From an uncultured Gemmatimonadales bacterium (GTDB taxonomy: Bacteria; Gemmatimonadota; Gemmatimonadetes; Longimicrobiales; Gaopeijiaceae), in NCBI GenBank assembly GCA_963809895.1, contig CAWELD010000003.1:3488001-3552000 (forward strand): a stretch of 64,000 nucleotides of DNA. The letters run 5' to 3'. A program made the translations under genes and the position numbers. Shown here one piece after another: positions 41,676 through 50,847 of this stretch (positions within the stretch are counted from its first letter, which is position 1; every line of letters starts with the position of its first letter). Below the pieces are notes generated by a model, which was not told where the DNA came from, did no database searches, and was given only the letters and a program-made list of their open reading frames with translations.

Positions 41676-43356
41676 ATGTCTCGTCTTCCTTCCAGATTCC
41701 GATCGACCGTGGCTGCGGCCGTTGCCGCGTCCTTCGTGGCCTGCGCTCCCGGTGACAGCGGGGGTGGCGCCGACTCGGGACAGCTCCCCTCGCTGGACGG
41801 CGCGGCCATCGCCCGCCACATGCGCACGCTGTCGGCAGACTCCTTCGCGGGCAGGGCGCCGGGCACGCCAGGGCGGTGACGCCGCGGCCCGCTACATCGC
41901 CGACCAGTTCCAGGCGGTGGGGCTCCAGCCCGTCGACGGCAGCTACTTTCAGCCGGTTCCCATGGTGGGCAGCACGCCCCGCCCCGACGGCACCACGCTC
42001 ACCCTGCAGGCCGGAGGCCAGACCTTCACCCCGTCCTATCTGGACGATTTCGTAGCCTGGTCCGGCGACGCCGAGGCCGATGACGCCCGCGCCCAGGGCG
42101 AGCTCGTGTTCGTGGGATACGGGATCGACGCGCCCGAGAACGACTGGGACGACTTCGGTGACACCGACGTGCGCGGCAAGGTGCTGCTGGGGCTGGTGAA
42201 CGACCCGCCGGCCCCCGCCGAGGAGCCGGACCTCTTCGGCGGCCGCGCCATGACCTACTACGGGCGCTGGACCTACAAGTACGAAGAGGCGGCCCGCAAA
42301 GGCGCCGCCGGCGCGATCCTGATCCACGTGACCGACATGGCCGGATACGGGTGGAACGTGGTGAGCGGCTCCTGGTCCGGCGAGCAGTTCTCGCTCCCGG
42401 CGGACCCCGGGGCGCCCGCGCCCGCAGCCGTGCAGGGGTGGATCACCAGCGACCTGGCCCGCGAAGTCCTGTCGGCGGCCGGTCTGGACCTCGACGAGCT
42501 CATGAGCCGGGCCGCCTCGCGCGACTTCACCCCGGTGGCCACGGGCATTCAGGTGGACGCACGGGTGTTGAGCGACGTGCGCGAGGTGGAGACCCAGAAC
42601 GTGGTGGGGCTCCTGCCGGGCTCGGAGCGGGCCGACGAGATCATCACGGCGACCGCCCACTACGATCACCTGGGCACGGGCCAGCCCGTGAATGGAGACA
42701 CCATCTACAACGGCGCCTACGACAACGCCTCGGGCGCGGCGCTGCTCATCGAGCTCGCCCACACCTTCGCCAACCTGAGCCCACCCCCGGAGCGGTCCAT
42801 CCTCTTCATCTCCACGGCGGCGGAGGAACAGGGGCTCCTGGGCGCGACATGGTACGTGCAGTCACCGCTCTTCCCCCTGGCGCAGACGGTGGCCGAGTTC
42901 AATGTCGACGGCGCCAACGTGTGGGGAGCCACCGACGACGTCACGGCCATGGGCGAGGCGCGCAACGAGCTCGGACCCTACGTCCGGCGCCGGGCCGACG
43001 AGCTGGGGATGCGCATCGTGCCCGACGCGGAGCCCGAGAAGGGCTACTACTTCCGCTCGGACCACTTCCCCTTCGCCAAGGCGGGCGTGCCCGCCCTCTA
43101 CATCGAGCACGGACACGACTACCGGGGCCGGCCCGAGGGTTGGGGGGATTCCATCCAGGCCGACTACACCGCCCACGCCTACCACTCCCCGCAGGACGAG
43201 TGGTCCGACGACTTCGTGTTCGAGGGGGCGGTTCAGCAGGGCGATCTCATGTTCCGCACCATGCTGGACGTGGCCAACGACACGGCGTGGCCCAACTGGT
43301 CACCCGACAGCGAGTTCCGCGCTGCCCGCGACGCCATGATGAGCGGGGGGATGTAG
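41676..43356 (+). pseudogene. M28 family peptidase lipoprotein (PA domain), interrupted by a frameshift at about 41871-41873
   Basis: N-part MSRL...FVAC...LSADSFAGRAPGTPG stops at 41879; +1 frame continues GGDAAARYIA...AHYDHLG, GAYDNASG, AEEQGLLG, RSDHFPF, YHSPQD. Confidence 0.85.
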
Positions 43357-43375
43357 GCGGGGCCAAGGCTTCCGA

Positions 43376-43403
43376 GGCGCTCCTCCCGTCGCGGAGGGGC
43401 GCC
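43376..43403. terminator. GC hairpin between convergent M28 and Nif3 genes
   Basis: GGCGCTCCTCC...GGAGGGGCGCC imperfect inverted repeat. Confidence 0.35.
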
Positions 43404-43427
43404 AGGAGGCGGCGCTCAGGACTGACG

Positions 43428-44186
43428 CTAGAGTCCCGAAGGGTCGTCCACGAAGCTCCACTCCAGGCCGAAGCGCTCGGCGACGTGGGCGCAGAGCGCC
43501 TTCACACCGAAGGTCTCGGTGGCGTAGTGCCCACCGTAGAAGACGTCCACCCCCAACTCGTGCGCATCCACGTACGTGTGGTGCGAGCCCTCGCCGGTGA
43601 CGAGGGCGTCCATCCCGGCGGCCGCGGCCTCCTGGATGAAGGAGCCCCCACCCCCGGTCAGGACCGCGACCTTCTCCACGGTCCCGCCGCCCCCTTGGAG
43701 TACACGCACCGGACCATCCACGGCGCTGGCCACCCGCGCCCGGAAGTCCTCACGCGCTTCGGGCGCCACGGTGCCCCACCATCCGATGGGCGCGCCGTCG
43801 TACATCCCGAAACGTCCCTCCACCTCCAGTCCGAGAGCCCTGGCCAGGAGGATGCAGTTGCCGAGCTCCGGGTGGGAGTCCAGCGGCAGATGCGCGCCGT
43901 AGAGGGCGGTGCCGGCTTCCACCAGCGCCCGCACCTTGCGGTAGTGGCGACCGGTGAGTGGACGCAGGCCGGACCAGAAGAGGCCGTGATGCACCACCAG
44001 GAGATCGGCCCCGCGGGCCACCGCCCCGCGGATGGTCGACTCGCTGGTGTCCACCGCCGCGCACAGGCTCCGCACCGGGCGCCCCGCGCCCTCTACCTGC
44101 AAGCCGTTGAGGGCGTTGCGATAATCGGGATGATCCGGAATCCCCAGGAGCCGGTCCAGATATTGGAGCAGGGATTCTAATTGCAT
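43428..44186 (-). CDS. Nif3-like dinuclear metal centre protein (YbgI family)
   Basis: NGLQVEG, VHHGLFW, HLPLDSHPELGN, TGE, GHYATETFGV. Confidence 0.92.
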   Translation of the reverse strand: MQLESLLQYLDRLLGIPDHPDYRNALNGLQVEGAGRPVRSLCAAVDTSESTIRGAVARGADLLVVHHGLFWSGLRPLTGRHYRKVRALVEAGTALYGAHLPLDSHPELGNCILLARALGLEVEGRFGMYDGAPIGWWGTVAPEAREDFRARVASAVDGPVRVLQGGGGTVEKVAVLTGGGGSFIQEAAAAGMDALVTGEGSHHTYVDAHELGVDVFYGGHYATETFGVKALCAHVAERFGLEWSFVDDPSGL

Positions 44187-44198
44187 GGGAGCGCCTCA

Positions 44199-44332
44199 CT
44201 CTCCACACGATTGTGGAAAGGTGGGGAAAACCTCATTTCTCCACAGGATGGGGTGGGTGTGGACAACCCATGAGAATCCGCATGGCATCAGCCACAACCA
44301 CGGTTCCGGCGAGAGTGGAAAACTGCGGATGG
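44199..44332. promoter_or_regulatory. distal DnaA-box cluster
   Basis: CTCTCCACA 44199, TGTGGAAAG 44212, TGGGGAAAA 44222, TTCTCCACA 44237, TGTGGACAA 44258, AGTGGAAAA 44314 in a 158-bp intergenic region. Confidence 0.7.
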
Positions 44333-44344
44333 GCTCTCACCGCA

Positions 44345-44809
44345 TCAGGACGCCGCAGCCCGGGCGGCGACTGCCTCTTCGGCAGGAACGGCCCGCGGCC
44401 CGCCGGTCGCCACTTCGCCCGCCCCCATGGCAAGATTTCCGTTCAGGACCGCGCCCTCCTCGAGCTGCATGCGCAGCGCCCGAACGTCACCTTCGATCCG
44501 GGCGGTGGCCTGCACCTCGAGGCGCGATTCGGCCACCAGGCTCCCCATGACGGTACCCGAGACCACGGCATCCTGGGTGTGGATATCCCCATCCACGGAC
44601 CCGTCCTTTCCCACCACCACCGCCTTTCCTGCGCGCACGGTGCCGCGGACGTCGCCTTCGATGCGGAGTGTGCCCTCGGTCTCCAGGTCCCCGACGACCT
44701 TCATGCCCGGGCCGATGAGGGAGATGACGCCGTCCGGGATGCCGGGGGCCTGCCGTTCGCGTGCCATGGAGTCCTCTGGGGTTCGTGACCGTGGTCGCTG
44801 GAAGATCAT
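44345..44809 (-). CDS. bactofilin (polymer-forming cytoskeletal protein)
   Basis: ISLIGPGMKVVGDL..EGTLRIEG.V.G...V.GDI...EEGAVLNG; ATGA overlap with M23 stop. Confidence 0.92.
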   Translation of the reverse strand: MIFQRPRSRTPEDSMARERQAPGIPDGVISLIGPGMKVVGDLETEGTLRIEGDVRGTVRAGKAVVVGKDGSVDGDIHTQDAVVSGTVMGSLVAESRLEVQATARIEGDVRALRMQLEEGAVLNGNLAMGAGEVATGGPRAVPAEEAVAARAAAS

Positions 44810-45570
44810 GCGGGCGGCCGCACCATTGTCAGGGGGTCCACCGGCGCCCCGTCCAGCAGGATCTCGAAATGGAGGTGGGGCGCGGTGGAACGCCCCGTGT
44901 TCCCCGATAGAGCGATCACTTCGCCCCTGCGCACCGTCTCGCCTGGCGTGACGAAGGTCGTGGAGGCATGCGCATACAGACTACTGTAACCCTGCCCGTG
45001 GTCCACGGCCACGTAATTCCCGTAGATGGGGTCCTCGCCGACGTCGGCCACGATGCCGGCACCGGCCGCACGAATGTAGGTATCGGCGGGAACGGCGATG
45101 TCCACGCCCGGATGCTCCCCCTCGTCACCCTCCAGGAGGGACTGGGTCACGAACCCTCGCTGGGAGAGAGGCCAGGCCGTGGGCGCCGACACTGTATCGC
45201 CGCTGGAAGCGGTGCGGGGCCGACCTGCGCCCGGCGGAGGCAACCAGAGGCTGGAGGCACCGACGCTGTCTACACCGAACAAACCCCGAATATTGCCGTA
45301 TCTTGCTTCGAGTTCGTCGAGGGTGCGGGCCAGTTCCGCGATCTGTCCACGCTCGGCTTCGAACTGTGCGACGCGGTCTTCGAGGCGGGATACGTGGGCC
45401 GCCCGAACGGCAAGGTAGAGCCAGCTCCCGACCATGAGGGCGAGGACGAGGGCGGCGCCGCCCGCCAGAATCTTGTAGAGCCGCAGCCGGCGGCGCGTGA
45501 ACCGATACGTGCGACTCGCCCCGCCGTCTTCCGGAACGACGATGATGCTGAGGCCCGGCTCTCTGGTCAT
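44806..45570 (-). CDS. M23 family peptidase, membrane-anchored with coiled coil
   Basis: TM helix, coiled coil, HPGVDI, YAH, GNTGRSTAPHLHFE. Confidence 0.92.
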   Translation of the reverse strand: MTREPGLSIIVVPEDGGASRTYRFTRRRLRLYKILAGGAALVLALMVGSWLYLAVRAAHVSRLEDRVAQFEAERGQIAELARTLDELEARYGNIRGLFGVDSVGASSLWLPPPGAGRPRTASSGDTVSAPTAWPLSQRGFVTQSLLEGDEGEHPGVDIAVPADTYIRAAGAGIVADVGEDPIYGNYVAVDHGQGYSSLYAHASTTFVTPGETVRRGEVIALSGNTGRSTAPHLHFEILLDGAPVDPLTMVRPPA

Positions 45571-45580
45571 TGGCCTCGAG

Positions 45581-46492
45581 TTATCCCAGCACCTCGGAGG
45601 CTTCCACCCCCGCGACCAGGGCGAAGAGGCGCTCGAAGTCCTCGGTGTCGTGGAAGGGGATCTCGATCACGCCCGTGCCCTTCGCGCTACCGCGCCGGAT
45701 CTGGACCCTGGTGCCCAGGCGCTCCCGCAGCGCTTCTTCCAGGGCTCGCACGAGGGGATCCCGAGCCGCCGCGGTGGGTGACGGTCGCTTCGTCTTGGCT
45801 GCGGCGTCGCCCCCCTTCCCTTGCCGGACCTTGCGCTCGACTTCACGCACCGACCAGCCGTCCTTGGCCGCTTTGCGGGCGAGCTCGGCGGCGCGGATAG
45901 GGTCCTCCATGGACAACAGAGCGCGGGCATGACCCATGGAGAGCTCTCCGTCGCGCAGCATCGAGCGAATGGAGAGCGGCAGCCGCAGGAGCCGGAGCAC
46001 GTTCGCCACCGTCGAGCGCTCCTTGCCCACTGCCCTGGCGATCTCCTCCTGCGTCATGTCGAAACGGTCGGCGAGCGCCTGGTATCCCTCGGCCTCCTCC
46101 AGGGGATTCAGCTGCTCGCGCTGCAGGTTCTCCACCAGCGCCAGCACCAGGAGCGCTTCGTCATCCACTTCCCGAATCAGCACCGGCACATCGTCCCAAC
46201 CCAGGCGCTGGACGCAGCGGAAGCGCCGCTCGCCAGCCACCAACTCATACCGTCCCTCGGTGCTCGGCGATGGCCGCACCACGAGGGGTTGTAGTAGCCC
46301 GTTCTCCTGTATGGACGCCGCCAGCTCGACCAACTCGTTCTCCGAGAACTCCTGGCGGGGCTGCAGAGGGTTGGCGACCACGACCTTCACGGGAATTCGC
46401 CGCACCTCGCCCGGCTCCGGCTCCGACTCCATGTAGTCGCCCAGGAGAGCACCGAGTCCGCGACCCAATCGATCCTTCCGTGATTTGCTCAT
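45581..46492 (-). CDS. parB: chromosome partitioning protein ParB
   Basis: [34 protein letters not shown]. Confidence 0.95.
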   Translation of the reverse strand: MSKSRKDRLGRGLGALLGDYMESEPEPGEVRRIPVKVVVANPLQPRQEFSENELVELAASIQENGLLQPLVVRPSPSTEGRYELVAGERRFRCVQRLGWDDVPVLIREVDDEALLVLALVENLQREQLNPLEEAEGYQALADRFDMTQEEIARAVGKERSTVANVLRLLRLPLSIRSMLRDGELSMGHARALLSMEDPIRAAELARKAAKDGWSVREVERKVRQGKGGDAAAKTKRPSPTAAARDPLVRALEEALRERLGTRVQIRRGSAKGTGVIEIPFHDTEDFERLFALVAGVEASEVLG

Positions 46493-47286
46493 GATGCGGA
46501 TTCTCCCGCGGACGACCCGGGCTTCCGGGCTCGAATCACTTCCTTGGCCAACGCCAGGTAGCTCTGCGCGCCGGCCGACAAGACGTCGTAATGAACGATC
46601 GGCTGCCCGAAGCTCGGAGCCTCGGCCAGCCGCACATTTCGCGGAATGGTGGTCTGATACACCTTGTCGCCGAAGTATTCCAGCGCTTCGTCCGCCACTT
46701 GCTTGGAGAGATTCAGGCGGCGGTCGTACATGGTCAGCAGGACGCCCTCGATCTCGAGGCCGGGATTCAACCCTTTCTGGACCAGGCGGACCGTGTTGAG
46801 GAGCTGGCTCAGGCCTTCCAGCGCGTAGAACTCGCACTGGATGGGAATCAGCACCGAATCGGCGGCCGTGAGCGTGTTGAGGGTCAGCAGGCCGAGGGAC
46901 GGCGGACAGTCCACCAGGACGAAGTCGTACCGGTCCCGCACGGGCTCGAGGGCGCGACGAAGCACGGTCTCCCGGTCTCCAGTGGCCACCAGCTCGATCT
47001 CCGCGCCCACCAGATCGCGCGTGGACGGCAGCAGGTCGAGGTGCTCGAAGTGGATCTCCCGCACCAGGCACTCATCGACGGGACGACCGTTGACCAGCAC
47101 GTCATACACGGTCGGCCGACCCTCACGTCCCTCCAGACCCAGCCCCGAGGTGGCGTTGCCCTGGGGATCGATGTCGATGATCAGGGTCCGCTGCTCGGCC
47201 ACAGCCAGGGAGGCCCCCAGGTTGATGGCCGTGGTGGTCTTGCCCACCCCACCCTTCTGATTGGCGATGGCGATGACGCGGGACAT
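46489..47286 (-). CDS. parA: chromosome partitioning ATPase ParA/Soj
   Basis: [48 protein letters not shown]. Confidence 0.96.
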   Translation of the reverse strand: MSRVIAIANQKGGVGKTTTAINLGASLAVAEQRTLIIDIDPQGNATSGLGLEGREGRPTVYDVLVNGRPVDECLVREIHFEHLDLLPSTRDLVGAEIELVATGDRETVLRRALEPVRDRYDFVLVDCPPSLGLLTLNTLTAADSVLIPIQCEFYALEGLSQLLNTVRLVQKGLNPGLEIEGVLLTMYDRRLNLSKQVADEALEYFGDKVYQTTIPRNVRLAEAPSFGQPIVHYDVLSAGAQSYLALAKEVIRARKPGSSAGESAS

Positions 47287-47335
47287 GAACTCCTTCGGGT
47301 GCGGCTGCGGGACGCGGGAACGGTCCGGGTGGGGC

Positions 47336-47364
47336 AATATACCCCGGGTCGTGGGGTGGGTAAA
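47336..47364 (-). promoter_or_regulatory. putative sigma-70 promoter of parAB operon
   Basis: TTTACC-17-TATATT on minus strand about 50 nt upstream of parA. Confidence 0.55.
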
Positions 47365-47448
47365 GCGAGGTCAGGGTTGACGATGATCGCCATTTCTGAC
47401 GAGAATCCGGCATCGCGAGCGGCTTCTCCCCCACCGTCGGAGTCCCAG

Positions 47449-47913
47449 ATGCGCCGTGCCGCCTGGCTTTGCGGAGTTTTCGCCCTGATCGCCGTGCTCG
47501 GAGCCTGTGGCGGAGACGACGGCGTGTCGGCAGATCCCTCCGTCGCCTTCCTGGTGGGAGATTGGTCCGCGACCCACATGGTGGTCACGCCCGACCTCGC
47601 GCCCGACCAGGCGTTGGACCTCATCGACGCCGGCGGATCGTTCTCGCTCAACGTCCAGCCTTCCGGTCAATACACGGCGGTGATCAGCATTCCAGGATTC
47701 GGCGCTCCCCCGCCCGAGCTCGGGACCCTGACGGTGGAAGGCGACGAGATCGTCTTCACCCGGACATCCCCGGCGCCAAAGACCGTGTCGAGGGCGACGT
47801 ACGAGGAGGTCGCCCCGGGGCACGTCATCTTCAGCGGCGCGTCCGAGCTCGACATCGATGGGAATGGGACCGCGGACGCGGTGACCCTGGAAGTGGAGAT
47901 CGTCCGCGACTAG
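47449..47913 (+). CDS. hypothetical lipoprotein (lipocalin-like)
   Basis: Lipobox VLGAC; FLVGDWSA resembles lipocalin GxW; GGAG RBS. Confidence 0.75.
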   Translation: MRRAAWLCGVFALIAVLGACGGDDGVSADPSVAFLVGDWSATHMVVTPDLAPDQALDLIDAGGSFSLNVQPSGQYTAVISIPGFGAPPPELGTLTVEGDEIVFTRTSPAPKTVSRATYEEVAPGHVIFSGASELDIDGNGTADAVTLEVEIVRD

Positions 47914-47943
47914 AAGCGGTGGGCGACGCTGGTTTCACGGCAA

Positions 47944-48040
47944 TGTTCCACGTGAAACAATGGCCGGGCGCCCCAGCGGCAATGTTCCACGTGAAACAAT
48001 CCTTGCGCTTGCCACCCTGGACGATGTTCCACGTGAAACA
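47944..48040. repeat. three tandem parS sites
   Basis: TGTTCCACGTGAAACA at 47944-47959, 47983-47998, 48025-48040; matches canonical parS TGTTNCACGTGAAACA; adjacent to parAB. Confidence 0.93.
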
Positions 48041-48577
48041 ATCAGGCTCCCGGCGGGCAGCAGCACGGACGACTCCGCTCAGCTGCGCCAACGGCATCTC
48101 GGTCAGCACCTTTCCTCCCCCTGACATCCATCGACCCGGCCCGCGGCCGCAGGCCCACCTCTTCAAAGGCCCTCTCGACGTGAACCGAGCTGCCGGTCGT
48201 CGTCTCCGGCCTGCTATCCCGAGTCATCTCGTGACGACAGGCGGTTGGCGGGAGTGCGGCTGCGCTGGCGGAACCGATCCGCCGAGAGCGGGCCGCCCCA
48301 CGGTGACGGTGATGCTCTGCCGAAGCCGAGCACGGATCCCACCACCTGCGCGGGCCGCCCTCCACCACGAGACGCTCCAGACGCTCCAGGAAGCGAAACC
48401 TCTTCGTGATCGAAGCGGCCCCGGCGGGCCATGCCGGCAACGAGCCGTTCCCGAACCAGCCGCATCCGGAGCCTGATGGAAAGAATTGCGCTCCCGGCGC
48501 AGGCCGGCGATGGCTGCGCCAGCCCAGGGGGTGCGGCCAAGGCGAGCGGTGAACGAGGTGTCAGGGGTGCGGTGCTG

Positions 48578-50503
48578 TCAACCTAACTGCTTGTGCCCCA
48601 AGACTTTAGATGCCCCCGCACTCACCTTCCTCAGCCGCTTCACCTCGAAGAGGAGGTTCTGGAGATCCGCCGCGGACACGCCGGGGATCCGCCCGGCCTG
48701 GGCGAGGGTGGCCGGGCGCACACGGACCAGCTTCTCACGTGCCTCGAGGCTGAGGGTCTCCATGACACCGTACGGCAGATCCTCGCGCAGCTCGAAATCG
48801 TGCTGCGCCCGCAGCGCCTCCGCCCGCTCCCGCTCCCGTGCCACGTATCCCTCGTACTTGAGCTCCACCTCCACCGCCGCCAAGGCCCCGCCCCAACCCG
48901 CGGTCTCGACGAGACCCGCCGGTGCTTCGCCGGCCTCCAGGAGCGCGGGGGCATCGACCCCGGGGCGCCGGAGCAGCTCCAGCGCTGGAGACGCCTCCCG
49001 AATGGGGTTCCCTCCCGCGGCTTCCAGCAATCCGTTCACCCGATCGGGCGAGATCCAGGTCCCCGCAAACCAGTCCCGAAGCTCGTCCTCTTCCCGCAAC
49101 CGCTCCTCGAGGGCCCCTCGCTGGATCCGTGTCAGCAGGCCGAGCTCACCGGCCAGGGGCCCGAGCCGGCGTACGGCGTTGTCCTGACGGAGCAGGAGTC
49201 GGAACTCGGCCCGGGACGTGAACAGACGGTAGGGCTCGTCCACGCCCCTGGTGACGAGGTCGTCCACCAGGACGCCCACGTACGCCTGATCCCGGCGCAG
49301 CACCAGTGGAGGCCGCCCCTGCACCTGCAGCGCGGCGTTGATGCCTGCGACGATCCCCTGACCCGCCGCCTCCTCGTAGCCCGTCGTGCCGTTGATCTGG
49401 CCGGCGAAGAACAGCCCGGCGACCGCCCGGACCTCCAGCGTGGGCCGTAGCTGATGCGGGGGGAAATAGTCGTACTCGATGGCGTAGCCCGGCCGCGTCA
49501 TGCGTACGTCCTCCATCCCCGGCACGGTGCGCAGAAAGCGCAGCTGCACGTCTGGCGGCAGGGAGGTGGACAGGCCGTTCACGTACAGCTCGTGGGTATC
49601 CAGCCCCTCGGGCTCCAGAAAGACCTGATGCCGGCGTGCCTGCGGAAAGCGGACCACCTTGTCCTCGATGGACGGGCAGTAGCGCGGTCCCTTGCCCGCG
49701 ATGGCCCCGCCGTAGAGGGCGCTGGCCCCGAGGTTTTCTTCCACCACGCGCTGCAGCGCCTCGCCCGTCCAGGTGATCCAGCAGGGGCGCTGCTCGGGGA
49801 TCTCTTCCCGATGATAGAGCGAGAAGCGGAAGTCCTCGGGATCGCCGTCCTGCCTCTCCACGCCCTCGAGGTCCACCGTGCGCCCGTCGACCCGGGGCGG
49901 AGTGCCGGTCTTGAAGCGCCCCACCTCCAGCCCGCGCGCTTCCAGGGCCTCCGCCAGCGCCACCGATGGCGCCTCGCCGGCACGCCCCGCGGGCAAGCCG
50001 TCGGGTCCGTTGCCGACGTGGATGCGTCCCCGCAGAAAGGTCCCTGCCGTCACCACCACGGCGCGGGCCCGAAAGCCGACGCCGGACCGCGTCCGGATGC
50101 CCACGACCCGGTCCCCGTCGAAAACCGGTCCGGTGACCAGGTCCTGAAAGAAGTCCAGACGCTCCGTGGCCTCGAGGATTCGTCGCACCGCCCGGGGGTA
50201 GAGCGCCCGATCGCACTGGGCCCGGGGCCCCCACACCGCCGGCCCGCGCGAGCGGTTGAGCATGCGGAACTGGATCCTCGCCGCATCGGCCGCGCGCCCC
50301 ATGACCCCGCCGAGAGCGTCGATCTCCCGCACGACCACACCCTTGGCGATTCCTCCGATGGCCGGATTGCAGCTCATGGCGCCGATCCGCGACAGGTCGG
50401 CGGTCACCAGGAGGGTGTGGCACCCCAGTCGTGCCGCGGCAGCCGCGGCCTCGCTCCCGGCGTGACCGCCCCCCACGACGATGACGTCGTAACTCGTCTC
50501 CAT
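48578..50503 (-). CDS. mnmG: tRNA uridine-5-carboxymethylaminomethyl modification enzyme
   Basis: VVGGGHAG, MSCNPAIGG, RFKTGTPPR, GPRYCPSIEDK, GQINGTTGYEEAA. Confidence 0.97.
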   Translation of the reverse strand: METSYDVIVVGGGHAGSEAAAAAARLGCHTLLVTADLSRIGAMSCNPAIGGIAKGVVVREIDALGGVMGRAADAARIQFRMLNRSRGPAVWGPRAQCDRALYPRAVRRILEATERLDFFQDLVTGPVFDGDRVVGIRTRSGVGFRARAVVVTAGTFLRGRIHVGNGPDGLPAGRAGEAPSVALAEALEARGLEVGRFKTGTPPRVDGRTVDLEGVERQDGDPEDFRFSLYHREEIPEQRPCWITWTGEALQRVVEENLGASALYGGAIAGKGPRYCPSIEDKVVRFPQARRHQVFLEPEGLDTHELYVNGLSTSLPPDVQLRFLRTVPGMEDVRMTRPGYAIEYDYFPPHQLRPTLEVRAVAGLFFAGQINGTTGYEEAAGQGIVAGINAALQVQGRPPLVLRRDQAYVGVLVDDLVTRGVDEPYRLFTSRAEFRLLLRQDNAVRRLGPLAGELGLLTRIQRGALEERLREEDELRDWFAGTWISPDRVNGLLEAAGGNPIREASPALELLRRPGVDAPALLEAGEAPAGLVETAGWGGALAAVEVELKYEGYVARERERAEALRAQHDFELREDLPYGVMETLSLEAREKLVRVRPATLAQAGRIPGVSAADLQNLLFEVKRLRKVSAGASKVLGHKQLG

Positions 50504-50553
50504 GCCCTCGCCTCGTTCCCTGTCAGCCGACTCCAGTACCGTCACGCACCACG

Positions 50554-50844
50554 CTACGGACGCAGGATCCTGAATCCTTCCGTCCCGGCGGCGTCTCCGG
50601 CCGCGATGGGCTCCAACTCGACCACCCGGGCTCCGGGGGGGCCTTCCCGGAGCCAGCACTCGAGGCGGTCCAGCGCCGCCCTCGAGCCCCGGGCGTGCAC
50701 CTCGACCCTTCCATCGGCCCGGTTCCACACGGCGCCCTGCACGCCCAGGCTACGAGCCTCCTGCACGGTGGACCAGCGAAACCCCACACCCTGCACGCGC
50801 CCTGAAACCAGGTACGCGCGTCGCTCCTCGGGGGATTCCACCAC
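50554..50844 (-). CDS. acyP: acylphosphatase
   Basis: VSGRVQGVGFR, VWNRADGRVE, GPPGARV. Confidence 0.92.
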   Translation of the reverse strand: MVESPEERRAYLVSGRVQGVGFRWSTVQEARSLGVQGAVWNRADGRVEVHARGSRAALDRLECWLREGPPGARVVELEPIAAGDAAGTEGFRILRP

Positions 50845-50847
50845 GTC

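Noticed and set aside
41877..41879. TGA as selenocysteine or readthrough
   Set aside because: The homologous continuation is in a different frame, so readthrough cannot restore it.
39235..42762. 1175-aa ORF as a large fusion
   Set aside because: The N-terminal roughly 409 aa are antisense to the M28 gene; the real start with RBS and signal peptide is 41535.
38185..43356. 1723-aa ORF on the plus strand
   Set aside because: Mostly the antisense shadow of real minus-strand genes; only the part after about 41872 is real (M28 C-terminal portion).
44806..45570. Slightly AT-richer codons suggesting horizontal transfer
   Set aside because: The shift is mild, the gene is embedded in an overlapping core operon, and no mobility genes or flanking repeats are present.
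47944..48040. Repeat-spacer pattern resembling a mini CRISPR array
   Set aside because: The repeat is the canonical 16-bp parS palindrome next to parAB, spacers are short, and there are no cas genes.
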